Below, piece after piece: positions 1-9,764 of a stretch of DNA of 64,000 nucleotides. This stretch comes from Gemmatimonadota bacterium (GTDB lineage Bacteria > Gemmatimonadota > Gemmatimonadetes > Gemmatimonadales > GWC2-71-9): contig QHTT01000072.1 of NCBI GenBank assembly GCA_003220935.1, positions 577 to 64,576 of the forward strand, given 5' to 3'. Below the pieces are notes generated by a model. It had not been told where the DNA came from. It did not search any database and saw only the letters and a list, made by a program, of their open reading frames with translations. The translations under genes were made by a program, and so were the position numbers. Each line of letters opens with the position of its first letter. Positions within the stretch are counted from its first letter, which is position 1.

Positions 1-676
1 TGGACGTCTCCTCGGACACCACGAATACCGTGGCGTCGGTCTCCTCCGACAGCCCCAGCGCGGCGCGGTGGCGCGTGCCGAGCGACTTGTCGGCGACCTT
101 GAACTGGGTGAGCGGAAGCACGCAGCCCGCGCCGATGATGCGGTCACCGCGCACCAGCACGGCTCCATCGTGCAGCGGTGAGTACGGCGTGAAGATCGTC
201 GTGAGCAGGTCCGCCGAGACCTTCGCCTCCATCGGGACGCCCGAGGAGATGAACTCCTCGAGCCCGATGTCGCCCTCGACGGCGACGATCGCGCCCGTCC
301 CGCCCCGCGCCAGCCGGTCCATCGCTTCGGCGATTTCCTCCGCCACCGATTGGCGATCGCCGCGCGAGAAGCGCCGCATCAACGGCGACTGACCGAGCCG
401 GGCGAGCGCGTTGCGCAGCTCGGGCTGGAACACAACGACTGCCGCAAACGGTCCGTAGGTGAACACGACCTTCAGGAGGAAGCTGATCATCTCGAACTTG
501 GCGAGCAGCGCCGCGAAATACGCGACGGAGAGAATCATCACACCCACGACGATCTGCATCGCCCGGGTGCCTACGAGGAACAGGAGGAAGCGGTAGATCA
601 CGAACGCGACGAGCAGGATCTCGACCACGTCCGGCCAGAGCTGCGGGATGAGAAAGCGATACGCTTCAAAGTTCAC
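1..676 (-). CDS. cdaA: Diadenylate cyclase CdaA/DacA, 3' end runs off the window
   Basis: Manual translation gives N-terminal TM helices, VVVFQPELRNALARLG, IFTPYSPLHDGAV and LGTRHRAALGLSEETDA (DGA and RHR motifs). The GTG start overlaps the folP stop. Confidence 0.93.
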   Translation of the reverse strand, partial: MNFEAYRFLIPQLWPDVVEILLVAFVIYRFLLFLVGTRAMQIVVGVMILSVAYFAALLAKFEMISFLLKVVFTYGPFAAVVVFQPELRNALARLGQSPLMRRFSRGDRQSVAEEIAEAMDRLARGGTGAIVAVEGDIGLEEFISSGVPMEAKVSADLLTTIFTPYSPLHDGAVLVRGDRIIGAGCVLPLTQFKVADKSLGTRHRAALGLSEETDATVFVVSEETS

Positions 677-1839
677 CGTGAGCTCGTCGTAGCGCGGGCC
701 ACCTGCAGCGCCTCGCGCGCCACGGCGGCGTCGTGGACCCGAAACAGCCGCGCCCCCCGCTCCCACGCGAGGGCGCACGCCACGGCCGTCGCCCGGTCCC
801 GGTCCTCCACCGGCCGCCCGGTGGCGTGCCCGAGAAACCGTTTGCGGGACGGCCCGACCGCTACAGGATAGCCCAACGCCACGACGGTTGCCAGCTCGTC
901 GAGCAGGCGGAAGTTCTGCTCCGGGGTCTTGGCGAACCCGAACCCCGGATCGACGACGATGCGGCCGCGCTCCACCCCGCCCTGCTCCGCCCGCTGCGCC
1001 GCCACGCCGAGCTCCGCGGCGACCTCGGCCGCCACGTGGCGGTAGGTGGCGAGCGAATCCATGGTATCGGGCGTGCCGCGCATGTGCATGAGGATCACGC
1101 CCACCCCCGCCCCGGCGGCCGCCGGGGTCAGCTCCGGATCGAACGCGAGCCCCGAGACGTCGTTCACGACGGCGGCGCCAGCGGCGATCGCGGTCCGCGC
1201 GACCGGCGCCTTGCGCGTATCGACGGAGATCGGGCCCAGCCGGCGCCGCGCCAACTGCTCGATCACGGGGACGACCCGGGCGATCTCGTCCTCCACCGAC
1301 ACCGCCGCCGCCCCCGGCCGGGTGGACTCTCCGCCCACGTCGAGCAGCTCACAGCCGTCGGCGATGAGTCGCTCCGCCTGCGCGATGGCCCGATCGACCG
1401 CGGCGAACCGCCCGCCGTCCGAGAACGAGTCGGGCGTGACGTTGATGATGCCGATGATGACGGGATGGTCGAGCAGGATCCGCTGGGCGGCGATCTCCCA
1501 CGCCTGCGCCGGCTCCGCATGCGCGGCGAGCACGCGGCCGAGCTCCGGACCCAGGCGCTCCAGCCCGGCCGGCACGCGGTCGGGTCGTGCGAGCGGGGCG
1601 AGCCGGCTCGCCGCCGCGCCGACGAACGCCCATCCCTCGCCGGTGAGCACATCGGCGCCGGCCTTCGCGCCCCAGTGCACCAGCGCCTCCCGCTCGGCGC
1701 CGGTGAGATCTTCGAGGATGACGGCGAGCGGCTGCACGCCGGTGGCGGCGAACCACGCGGGCTGGGCGTCCCAGCCGCGGGCCGCGAGCGCCGCGCGCAC
1801 CGCCTCGGGGGTGTGGGCGGCGAGCGCGGTGACCTTCAC
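673..1839 (-). CDS. folP: Dihydropteroate synthase with N-terminal extension
   Basis: GIINVTPDSFSDGG, DVGGESTRPG, DPGFGFAK, SRKRF and FRVHD motifs; ftsH-folP synteny. Confidence 0.95.
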   Translation of the reverse strand: MKVTALAAHTPEAVRAALAARGWDAQPAWFAATGVQPLAVILEDLTGAEREALVHWGAKAGADVLTGEGWAFVGAAASRLAPLARPDRVPAGLERLGPELGRVLAAHAEPAQAWEIAAQRILLDHPVIIGIINVTPDSFSDGGRFAAVDRAIAQAERLIADGCELLDVGGESTRPGAAAVSVEDEIARVVPVIEQLARRRLGPISVDTRKAPVARTAIAAGAAVVNDVSGLAFDPELTPAAAGAGVGVILMHMRGTPDTMDSLATYRHVAAEVAAELGVAAQRAEQGGVERGRIVVDPGFGFAKTPEQNFRLLDELATVVALGYPVAVGPSRKRFLGHATGRPVEDRDRATAVACALAWERGARLFRVHDAAVAREALQVARATTSSR

Positions 1840-3821
1840 GCCCCGGCGGGCTCCGGGGGCGGGCTCCCCAGCACAGGACCACGCGCCGGGGTCTTTTCCT
1901 TTATCTGGGCGCCTTCGGGCGCCGGCTGCGGCGTCGCAGGCGCGGGCGGCACAACCGGGGGCAGTGCCTTGCCCGCCACGACCAGCTCCACCTCATCGCG
2001 ATCGAGCGTCTCCCGCTCGAGCAGCGCGCTCGCCAGCCGGTCGAGCGCCGCGCGATGGTCGGAGATGATCGTGCGCGCCCGCTCGTACGCCTCGGAGAGG
2101 ATGCGCTTGAGCTCCGTATCCACAATCTCGGCGGTGCGGTCGGAGATCTCACGCCGCTGGACCACCTCGCGCCCGAGGAAGATCTCGGCCTCCCGATCGC
2201 CGACGGCGATGGGGCCGACGACGTCGCTCATGCCGAACTGCGTCACCATCCGCCGCGCCATCTCGGTGGCCTGTTGGATGTCCTGCGCCGCCCCGGTCGT
2301 GACCTTCTCCGGCCCGAACACCAGCTCCTCGGCCACGCGGCCCCCGTAGGCCATGGCGAGGCGGCCGTGGATGTACTGCTTGGTGTAGTTGTGCCGGTCC
2401 TCCTCCGGGAGAGAGAAGGTGATGCCGAGCGCGCGGCCGCGCGGCACGATGGTGACCTTGTGGAGCGGATCCAGGCCCGGAATCTTGAGACTGACGAGCG
2501 CGTGCCCCGCCTCGTGGTAGGCGGTGAGGCGGCGCTCTTCGTCGGACAGGACCATGCTCTTGCGCTCCAGTCCGAGCATCACCTTGTCCTTGGCGTCCTC
2601 GAGGTCGTTCATGTCGACCGCGCTCTTGTTGCGGCGGGCGGCGAGGAGGGCAGCCTCGTTGACGATGTTGGAGAGCTCGGCGCCGGAGAGGCCCGGCGTT
2701 CCCTTCGCGATCCGCTCCAGGTTCACCCCGGTCGAGAGGGGGATTTTGCGTGTGTGGACCCGGAGAATCTGCTCCCGCCCCTTCACGTCCGGCATGTCGA
2801 CGACGATCTGCCGGTCGAACCGGCCCGGCCGGAGCAAGGCGGGGTCGAGGATATCCGGCCGGTTGGTGGCCGCGAGCAGGATCACGCCGTCGTTCGACTC
2901 GAACCCGTCCATCTCGACGAGCAGCTGATTCAACGTCTGCTCGCGCTCGTCGTGACCGCCGCCCAGCCCTGCTCCGCGGTGACGCCCGACGGCGTCGATT
3001 TCGTCGATGAAGATGATGCACGGAGCGTGCGCCTTGCCTTGCTCGAACAGGTCGCGCACCCGCGAGGCGCCGACGCCGACGAACATCTCCACGAAATCGG
3101 ATCCCGACATCGAGAAGAACGGCCGTCCCGCCTCGCCGGCCACGGCTTTAGCGAGGAGCGTCTTGCCCGTCCCGGGCGGCCCGACGAGCAGCGCCCCCTT
3201 CGGGAGCCGGCCGCCCAGGCGCTGGAACTTCTGCGGGTCCTTGAGGAAATCGATGATCTCTTCGAGCTCCTGCTTGGCCTCGTCACACCCGGCGACGTCG
3301 GCGAAGGTGATCTTCGGCGTGTCGCCCGCGAGCAGCTTCGCCTTGGACTTGCCGAAGGCGAACGCCCGGTTCCCGCCCTGCTGCATCTGGCGCAGCATGA
3401 AGATGATGAGGCCGAGGATGAACAGGTACGGCAGGAAGCTGAAGAGGAACACGCCGAACGACTGCTTCTCTTCGCGCGCCCGCACGTCCACGCCCTTGTC
3501 GCGGAGCGTCTGCACCCATTCGGCCCGCGACTCGAACGGCAGGAGGGTGGTGAAATGCTCCGCCGTGCGCCGGCCGACGGTGACGGCGTGCTTGAAGTCT
3601 CCCTTGATCTGTTGCCGCTCGGTGATCTCGACCGCGGCGACGTTGGCGGCGTCGAGCTGCTCGGTGAACTGCGTGTAGGAGATCTCGACCGCCTCCTGGC
3701 GGCGACTCGAGGCGAACTGCACCAGCGCGATCGAGCCCACGATCAGCAGCGCCCAGAACGACAGCGTGCGGAGCGTTCGGGCCCAGTTGAACTCGCGCGG
3801 CGGCGGGACGCGGTTCGGCAT
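1836..3821 (-). CDS. ftsH: ATP-dependent zinc metalloprotease FtsH
   Basis: Two TM helices, Walker A GPPGTGKT, Walker [26 protein letters not shown] zinc motif. Confidence 0.98.
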   Translation of the reverse strand: MPNRVPPPREFNWARTLRTLSFWALLIVGSIALVQFASSRRQEAVEISYTQFTEQLDAANVAAVEITERQQIKGDFKHAVTVGRRTAEHFTTLLPFESRAEWVQTLRDKGVDVRAREEKQSFGVFLFSFLPYLFILGLIIFMLRQMQQGGNRAFAFGKSKAKLLAGDTPKITFADVAGCDEAKQELEEIIDFLKDPQKFQRLGGRLPKGALLVGPPGTGKTLLAKAVAGEAGRPFFSMSGSDFVEMFVGVGASRVRDLFEQGKAHAPCIIFIDEIDAVGRHRGAGLGGGHDEREQTLNQLLVEMDGFESNDGVILLAATNRPDILDPALLRPGRFDRQIVVDMPDVKGREQILRVHTRKIPLSTGVNLERIAKGTPGLSGAELSNIVNEAALLAARRNKSAVDMNDLEDAKDKVMLGLERKSMVLSDEERRLTAYHEAGHALVSLKIPGLDPLHKVTIVPRGRALGITFSLPEEDRHNYTKQYIHGRLAMAYGGRVAEELVFGPEKVTTGAAQDIQQATEMARRMVTQFGMSDVVGPIAVGDREAEIFLGREVVQRREISDRTAEIVDTELKRILSEAYERARTIISDHRAALDRLASALLERETLDRDEVELVVAGKALPPVVPPAPATPQPAPEGAQIKEKTPARGPVLGSPPPEPAGA

Positions 3822-4376
3822 CTACTCGAGACTCGCGATGTACGGCAGGTGCCGGAAGTTCTCGGCGTGATCCAGCCCATACCCGACGAGGAACACGCGC
3901 GGGGCATCGAACCCGACGAACTTCGGCTCGAGCACCAGGTGCTGAGCCAGATGTTTGTGCAGCAACGCGCAGATCTCCAAACTCTGCGGGTCCCGCTCCC
4001 GCAGCAGCGTCACGAGCCGGTTGAGCGTCTTCCCCGTGTCGACGATGTCCTCGACCAGCAGGATATGTTTACCCCGGAGCTCCGTCTCCGGATCGTACAG
4101 CAGTCGCACGTCACCGCTCGAAATCGTAGCCGCTCCATAGCTGGCGGCGACCAGGAAATCCACCTGCAGCGGACGGTCGAGACGCCGCACCAGATCGCTC
4201 AGGAAGATGAAGGTCCCCTTGAGCAGCCCGAGGACGAGCAGCTCGCCGTCGGGATAGGCCGCCGTGATCTCACGACCCATCTCGGCGACACGCCGCGCGA
4301 TCGTGTCCTCATCGAAAACGATGCGTGCGAGCTTACGACCGCCCGTCTGCTTCAGGCTCGCCGTACTCGGTAACAT
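3822..4376 (-). CDS. hpt: Hypoxanthine phosphoribosyltransferase
   Basis: LLVEDIVDTGKTL PRPP-binding motif and VGYGLD; lies between tilS and ftsH. Confidence 0.95.
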   Translation of the reverse strand: MLPSTASLKQTGGRKLARIVFDEDTIARRVAEMGREITAAYPDGELLVLGLLKGTFIFLSDLVRRLDRPLQVDFLVAASYGAATISSGDVRLLYDPETELRGKHILLVEDIVDTGKTLNRLVTLLRERDPQSLEICALLHKHLAQHLVLEPKFVGFDAPRVFLVGYGLDHAENFRHLPYIASLE

Positions 4377-5691
4377 GCACTCGCACCGCCGGAGTTCCGG
4401 GCTGCGGGAGAGCGGACGCGCTCCGACAGACGCCGGGAACCCAAAGAATCGTTTCGCCGCGGGCGACGACCGGGTAGCCCGCCCGGGCGCTCCGCGGCAC
4501 GCGCGCTTCCATCAGCAGCCGCCGCACGGGCCGGTGCCCCACGCCTCCCAGCGGCACCAGCCGGTCGCCCGGCCGCGGCGGGCGAACTTCCCAGTCCGCT
4601 CCTGCGATCCAAGTCGTCCAGTCCGACCGCGGCAGACGCGCCGGGGCGGCCTCGGGCGCCCACTCCACCCAGAAGCACCCGAACCTCGCGCTTCCGCGCT
4701 CACTGCTCGCCACCACTGCTTTGGCTGTGCCGACGGATCCACGGCCCACTCGTAAGCGATCGAAGGCCACCTCGGCCGTCCAGCCCCCGCCCAGCGGCAG
4801 GCGCCGTCCCGAAGGATGCCCCGCGAGGCCCAGCAGTTGTCGCGCCCGGCGCGGGCCCAATACCAGCCCAACCCGTCGCGCCGCGGCGCGCAAGAGAGCC
4901 ACGGACAATGCCTTATCATAGCGGGACAAGGCGGACCGAGCAACGTCGAAGCCGGCATCGACGAGGTGAAGCTGAAGCTGCGGAACGAGTTCCAACACAC
5001 GGTCCCACGCGCGGCGATCCGCGGCCGCCGCCCGGCCCAGCCGCAGGATGTCGGCGCGCACCCGGCTTCCGACTCGCGCCGCGAGCCGGGGCAGCAGCTC
5101 GACCCGTACCCACGACCGGAGGTGGCGCGGATCGCGGTTCGCCGGGTCGTCGTGGAACGGGAGGCCCGACTCCGCGACGTGCGCCGCTAGCTCCGCGCGG
5201 GTGAACGGGAGCAGCGGCCGCACGAGACCCCCGCGGCCGCGCGCCGGCATCCCGGCGAGCCCCGCGAGCCCGCTTCCCCGTAGCACGCGCAGCAGGATCG
5301 TCTCGATCTGGTCGTCCGAGTGATGCGCCGTGACGAGGTAGCGCGCAGCATGGGCCTCCCGGACGACGGCGAGCCACGCGTAGCGCGCGCGCCGCGCCGC
5401 AGTCTCGGTGGCCTGCGGCCCCAGTTCGAGCTCAGCCACTTCGAACGGCAGCCCGTACCGGCGCGCGAGGGCGCCGACCGACTGTCCGACGGTCCGGCTG
5501 TCCGCCCGAATTCCGTGATCCGCGTGCGCCACGACGAGCGAGAGACCGCGCCCCGGCGCGACCGCGCGCATCAGATCGAGCAGCGCCACCGAGTCGGGGC
5601 CACCGGAAACCGCGAGCACCGCGGTGCCCGGCGCCGGGAAGAGCCGGGTGCGATCGAGGTGCGCGCGGAAGCGGTCGAGCAGCGGGGCCAT
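4333..5691 (-). CDS. tilS: tRNA(Ile)-lysidine synthetase
   Basis: AVSGGPDS PP-loop, HGIR, AARRARY, TAHHSDDQIET, RPLL. Start moved to ATG 5691 (MAPLLDRF). Confidence 0.93.
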   Translation of the reverse strand: MAPLLDRFRAHLDRTRLFPAPGTAVLAVSGGPDSVALLDLMRAVAPGRGLSLVVAHADHGIRADSRTVGQSVGALARRYGLPFEVAELELGPQATETAARRARYAWLAVVREAHAARYLVTAHHSDDQIETILLRVLRGSGLAGLAGMPARGRGGLVRPLLPFTRAELAAHVAESGLPFHDDPANRDPRHLRSWVRVELLPRLAARVGSRVRADILRLGRAAAADRRAWDRVLELVPQLQLHLVDAGFDVARSALSRYDKALSVALLRAAARRVGLVLGPRRARQLLGLAGHPSGRRLPLGGGWTAEVAFDRLRVGRGSVGTAKAVVASSERGSARFGCFWVEWAPEAAPARLPRSDWTTWIAGADWEVRPPRPGDRLVPLGGVGHRPVRRLLMEARVPRSARAGYPVVARGETILWVPGVCRSASALPQPGTPAVRVHVTEYGEPEADGRS

Positions 5692-5739
5692 ATACATAAT
5701 GATATCTTGGCCCCCGACCTCACGCCCCGGAGGCTCGAG

Positions 5740-6333
5740 ATGCGGCCGGACGAGACCTACCAGTTGCTGCGCAACCTCACCTCCCCCGTCGTCGCGATCA
5801 CCTCCGAGCGCGACGGGAAGCGCAACGGCATGATCTCCGACTCGGCGGTGCGTGCCTCGATCGTGCCGGCGATCCCACGGGTGTCGGTTTACATCCACAA
5901 GTTCAATTTCAGTCACGACCTGATCTTCGCCACGGGGCGCTTCGTGATGCACCTGCTGCGGAGCGACCAGTTCGAGCTGATCCACCGCCTCGGCTTCGCG
6001 AGCGGGCGCGCGCGCGACAAGCTGGCCGACATCCCCCATCGCCTGGGCAAGCTGGGCGTGCCGGTGCTGGAGGAGTGCTACGCGTATTTCGAGTGCCGCG
6101 TCGTGAACGTGATGGACACTGGCAGCTCGACGTGCTTCCTCGGCGACGTCGTGGAGGTTGGCTACGGCGCGAGCAGCCGGCCTCCGGGAATGGTGATGAC
6201 GGCAGCGTACTTTCGGGAGAACCTGCCGCCGGCGTGGCGCCAGGAGTACGAAGCGCATCTCGCGGCTGCGCAGCGATTCGCTGCCGAGCGGTCCCGACCG
6301 ATCCAGCCTGTCATTTGGAGCGATCTCGCGTAA
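5740..6333 (+). CDS. Flavin reductase-like (FMN-binding split barrel) protein
   Basis: PVVAITS...NGM, SGRARDK, PVLEEC-AYFECRV, T-FLGDVV pattern; start ATG 5740. Confidence 0.8.
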   Translation: MRPDETYQLLRNLTSPVVAITSERDGKRNGMISDSAVRASIVPAIPRVSVYIHKFNFSHDLIFATGRFVMHLLRSDQFELIHRLGFASGRARDKLADIPHRLGKLGVPVLEECYAYFECRVVNVMDTGSSTCFLGDVVEVGYGASSRPPGMVMTAAYFRENLPPAWRQEYEAHLAAAQRFAAERSRPIQPVIWSDLA

Positions 6334-6369
6334 CGCTGCCCTAGCGGTGCCGAGCAGGCGGCGCGTCGC

Positions 6370-7875
6370 TCACCCTGCCGCGTTCCGCTCGCCCGCCTCA
6401 CGCTGCTGCATGGGGTCGTGTGGCTGCGCCGTGACCCACACCCCTGGATGTGGGATCGTGACGGTGAACACTTCGTTCACGCGCGGCGGCCGGGTCGTAT
6501 AGGTCGCGAGGGCCTCCTGCCACTCGCGCGGCAGCCGGTCGGCCGAGCGGAGCGGCAGCGCGATGGCATTGCCGATGCGGCCCAGCACGGTGTTTTCGAC
6601 CAGCTCGGTGAGGGGTCGTCCCGCCGGGTCGCGCAACTTCGCCAGCGCGGTGTACCGGGCAGCGGGATCGCCCGCCGAGATGATGGCGGTCGAATAGTAG
6701 AGGAGGTTCGCTTCGATGTGGTCGAGCAGCCGGCTGCGGGCGGCGCCGTCCGCGCCCCAGCCGTCGTCCGAGCTCAGCAGGCGCTCGAGGTCCGGCTGCA
6801 AAGAGCGGTCGAGCAGCGTGCGCCGGAAGATGTAGCCGAAGCGCCGCACCACGTCCGGCGTCGCGAGATTCGGCAGGCGGAACGGGACGAAGATCACCGG
6901 GCGCACGCGCGGAGTCCGCACCGCGACCTTGAAGCGCTCGAGCGGCTCGAAGAAGTGGAAGGTGACGACCCGGTCCGGGCTGGTGTTGCGCACCGTCCGG
7001 ATCGCCGCCTGCGAGGGCGCTTCGTGATTCGCGTCGACGACGCCGAGGGGCCGACGGCGCAGGGCGCTGCTCATGCGCTCGGTGCGCTCGCGGATCAGCT
7101 GGACGGTGTTCGTCACCGCGACGTCGAGCGTGGGCTCGGAGAGCGTCAGCGGGTCGAGTTGCAGGTCGGTGCCCAGCGCCGTAACGAGATCGCCGAGCAT
7201 CGAGCTGCCGACCATGCGGGCGAGGATCTGGAGCGGGCGCTCCCGCGCCTCCGCCTCTCGGCGCCAGCGGCCGTCGAGCACCGCGAGCCGCGCCTCGTCG
7301 CCCGGCGTCAGCGAGACGCTGTACAGCAGCTCGCCCCACTGCACGCCGAGCGACTGCCACGACTCCTCGAGCTCGACGAGCGCACCGTACCGCATCGGCG
7401 CCGCGTGGTCGCTCGCCAGCGCGAAGAAATCCGCGACGGCGTCGCGCGGCCCGTGCTTCGCGTCGGGCGCCCCCTCGGCGAACATTACGAGCCGCTGGAA
7501 GTACAGGACGTGCCCCGGCACGTCGTGCGGCTCCGCAGGCCGCGGCGTCGCGGTCGGGCCGGGCTCTCGCGGGGCCCGCTCGCTCGCGCCCGACGGCGCC
7601 TGCGGCAGCCAGGTGGGCGCTGCGAGGTCAATCGGCCCTTCCCCCAACGACGCGGTGACGAGCTCGATCGGCTCCTCATTGCGGAGCCCCACACGCAGCC
7701 GCAGCTTGGCAACATCGCGCCGCGGGATCGTCACGGTGCCGTCCGCCTCGCTCACCCAGTAACCGGCCGGATTCCCCGTCTTGTCGAGCACGGTCACGGG
7801 CACGCCCTGCGCGGGCTTGCCCGTGTCCTGGTGCACGATCCGGAACACCCAGACGTCCTGCTCGGTGTTGGCCAT
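6370..7875 (-). CDS. Hypothetical protein (~500 aa) with an N-terminal Ig/carboxypeptidase-regulatory-like domain
   Basis: Long ORF with genome-typical codon use; start MANTEQ. See findings. Confidence 0.75.
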   Translation of the reverse strand: MANTEQDVWVFRIVHQDTGKPAQGVPVTVLDKTGNPAGYWVSEADGTVTIPRRDVAKLRLRVGLRNEEPIELVTASLGEGPIDLAAPTWLPQAPSGASERAPREPGPTATPRPAEPHDVPGHVLYFQRLVMFAEGAPDAKHGPRDAVADFFALASDHAAPMRYGALVELEESWQSLGVQWGELLYSVSLTPGDEARLAVLDGRWRREAEARERPLQILARMVGSSMLGDLVTALGTDLQLDPLTLSEPTLDVAVTNTVQLIRERTERMSSALRRRPLGVVDANHEAPSQAAIRTVRNTSPDRVVTFHFFEPLERFKVAVRTPRVRPVIFVPFRLPNLATPDVVRRFGYIFRRTLLDRSLQPDLERLLSSDDGWGADGAARSRLLDHIEANLLYYSTAIISAGDPAARYTALAKLRDPAGRPLTELVENTVLGRIGNAIALPLRSADRLPREWQEALATYTTRPPRVNEVFTVTIPHPGVWVTAQPHDPMQQREAGERNAAG

Positions 7876-8113
7876 AAGGGGGCGACCAATATGCAATTAC
7901 CGGTGTGAAACTAACAGCGACGTGGACCACACACCCGCCCCGACCGCTGCTAACTGCTTGTGTAATCGAGAATTGAGCCTGCCGGCGGGGCGGGTGGTCG
8001 AATGTCGACCGAGAACCCGCGGTTGATGCCGGACCAGGCAACCATTAGCCTGTGGGCTCTCCGACCGCCGGGCACCCCGGCCAGGGATCATCCACTCGTT
8101 TCGTGAGGCTCGC

Positions 8114-9472
8114 ATGGTTCGCGTCAGGCTCTCGCGCCCCGCGCTGTGGCTCGCCCCCGTGATGGTTGCGCTGGCAACGTGCCGGGTGAGTCCACCCCCT
8201 CCACCGATCAGCGTCCCGATCCCGAGCAGCGCGGCGGAGGCACCGACCGGCTTCGACGACCGGAGCAACGGGGCGAATGATGACTCCACTCATGAGGTCG
8301 ATCAGGAGGCGTTCGACGAGGTGGAAGAAATCGCGGATGGATTGGGACCGCTCTACAACGCGCAGGCCTGCCGCGAGTGCCACCAAAACCCCACCTCCGG
8401 CGGAGCGAGTCAGATCACCGAATTGCGGGTGGGGCATCTGGGACCGGATGGACGGTTCCGCGATGCGGACATCCCGATCGCGCGTGGCACGGTCACCATC
8501 TCCGGTCGCACGCTCGTCAACGATCGGGCCATCTGCCCGAACGCGGCGTTCCCGGATTCCGAGATTCAAGAACGGGTGCCCGACACGGAGACGATTCGCA
8601 CGACGCGCGCGTCGCTCAACCTGCTGGGCGACGGGCTGGTGGAAGCCGTCGCCGACGAGACGCTGATCGAGATCGCGCGCGCGCAACGCCGGGCGACGCG
8701 CGGCACGATCCGCGGTCAGGCGCTCTATGTGCCGATCCTGGAGGCCCCGGGGGAAACGCGCATCGGGCGGTTCGGGTGGAAAGATCAGCACGCCAGCCTG
8801 CTGTCGTTTTCGGCGGATGCCTACCTGAATGAGATGGGCTTCACCACCCGCCTGTTCCCCGACGAAGTGACCACGCTGTGCAATACGGCATCCGAGCCGA
8901 ACGATACGACGCACGCGGACGGGCTCGCCGATTTCGAGCGGTTCGCCCGCTTCGTGCGGGCCACCAAGGCGCCCGCCCGCGATACGGTGCTGGCCGCGAC
9001 CCCCGCGGCGCGCCGCGGGTCGGAATTGTTCGACGCAATCGGCTGCGCCACGTGTCACGTTCGCACCCTGGTCACGGCCGCCGCCGGGACGGCGATCAAC
9101 GGCGGAACCGACACAATCCCGCCGGCGCTCGGTGAGAAGGCATTCCACCCCTTCGGCGATTTTCTGTTGCACAACGTCGGCACGGGCGACGGGATCGTCA
9201 TGGCGATGCCGGAGCACTACGGGCCCGCCGTATACAAGACCGTGTGGAAGGAGTTTTCGATCGACAGCGTCGGCCGCACGCGAAACAAGGTGCGGACCGC
9301 GCCATTATGGGGCGTGCGCTTGCGCCCGCGGCTGATGCATGACGCGGCGTCGCTGACGCTGCGCGACGCCATCGTGCGGCATCGAGGAGAGGCCAGCGAC
9401 GTGTCCAACCGTTTTGGTAGGCTGACTCTGAGCGATCAGGAAGCCATCATCGAGTTTCTAAAGTCGTTGTGA
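8114..9472 (+). CDS. Di-heme oxidoreductase (DHOR) family protein, exported
   Basis: DGLGPLYNAQACRECH, GRFGWK, GCATCH, RTAPLWG, LMHD; two CxxCH motifs; signal peptide containing Cys. Confidence 0.85.
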   Translation: MVRVRLSRPALWLAPVMVALATCRVSPPPPPISVPIPSSAAEAPTGFDDRSNGANDDSTHEVDQEAFDEVEEIADGLGPLYNAQACRECHQNPTSGGASQITELRVGHLGPDGRFRDADIPIARGTVTISGRTLVNDRAICPNAAFPDSEIQERVPDTETIRTTRASLNLLGDGLVEAVADETLIEIARAQRRATRGTIRGQALYVPILEAPGETRIGRFGWKDQHASLLSFSADAYLNEMGFTTRLFPDEVTTLCNTASEPNDTTHADGLADFERFARFVRATKAPARDTVLAATPAARRGSELFDAIGCATCHVRTLVTAAAGTAINGGTDTIPPALGEKAFHPFGDFLLHNVGTGDGIVMAMPEHYGPAVYKTVWKEFSIDSVGRTRNKVRTAPLWGVRLRPRLMHDAASLTLRDAIVRHRGEASDVSNRFGRLTLSDQEAIIEFLKSL

Positions 9473-9530
9473 CGGCACGCTCGGCATCACTTGCCGTGAC
9501 CCGTCCCCACACGGATGCTCCGGTCGATTA

Positions 9531-9595
9531 TTCCCGGGCTGAGAGCCCGGGCTCGGCGCGAATGTGTGCCCTGTAAGGGCGCGCCCGGGCCGGGC
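9531..9595 (-). repeat. Structured dispersed repeat, copy D (one terminal hairpin missing)
   Basis: ttcccggg-ctgagag-cccggg-ctcggc...gtgccc tgtaa gggcgc...gccgggc. Confidence 0.75.
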
Positions 9596-9671
9596 GCGAC
9601 TAACACGGAGGCCGACTGTGAGCGGACCGTCCGAGCAACCCCTGCCCGGAGCGCCAGTCTGGCGATGGCAG

Positions 9672-9745
9672 TAGCGGCGGTCGGACTCGAACCGACGACC
9701 CGCGGATTATGATTCCGCTGCTCTAACCAGCTGAGCTACGCCGCC
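9672..9745 (-). tRNA. tRNA-Met(CAT), probably elongator; CCA not encoded
   Basis: Reverse complement GGCGGCGTAGCTCAGCTGGTTAGAGCA-GCGGA-AT-CAT-AA-TCCGC-GGGTC-GTCGGTTCGAGTCCGAC-CGCCGCTA folds as a cloverleaf. No initiator features. Ile2 identity not fully excluded. Confidence 0.92.
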
Positions 9746-9764
9746 TTGAATGCAGGAACAGAAC

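Noticed and set aside
5692-6258. N-terminal extension of TilS (641-aa ORF)
   Set aside because: It is antisense to the flavin reductase gene; TilS homology starts at 5691.
9531-9595. Hammerhead or HDV-like ribozyme reading of the repeat (ctga..., gcgaa)
   Set aside because: CTGA lies in a closed hairpin loop rather than a junction, CUGANGA/GAAA is not satisfied, and I could not build the HDV pseudoknot. Not excluded experimentally.
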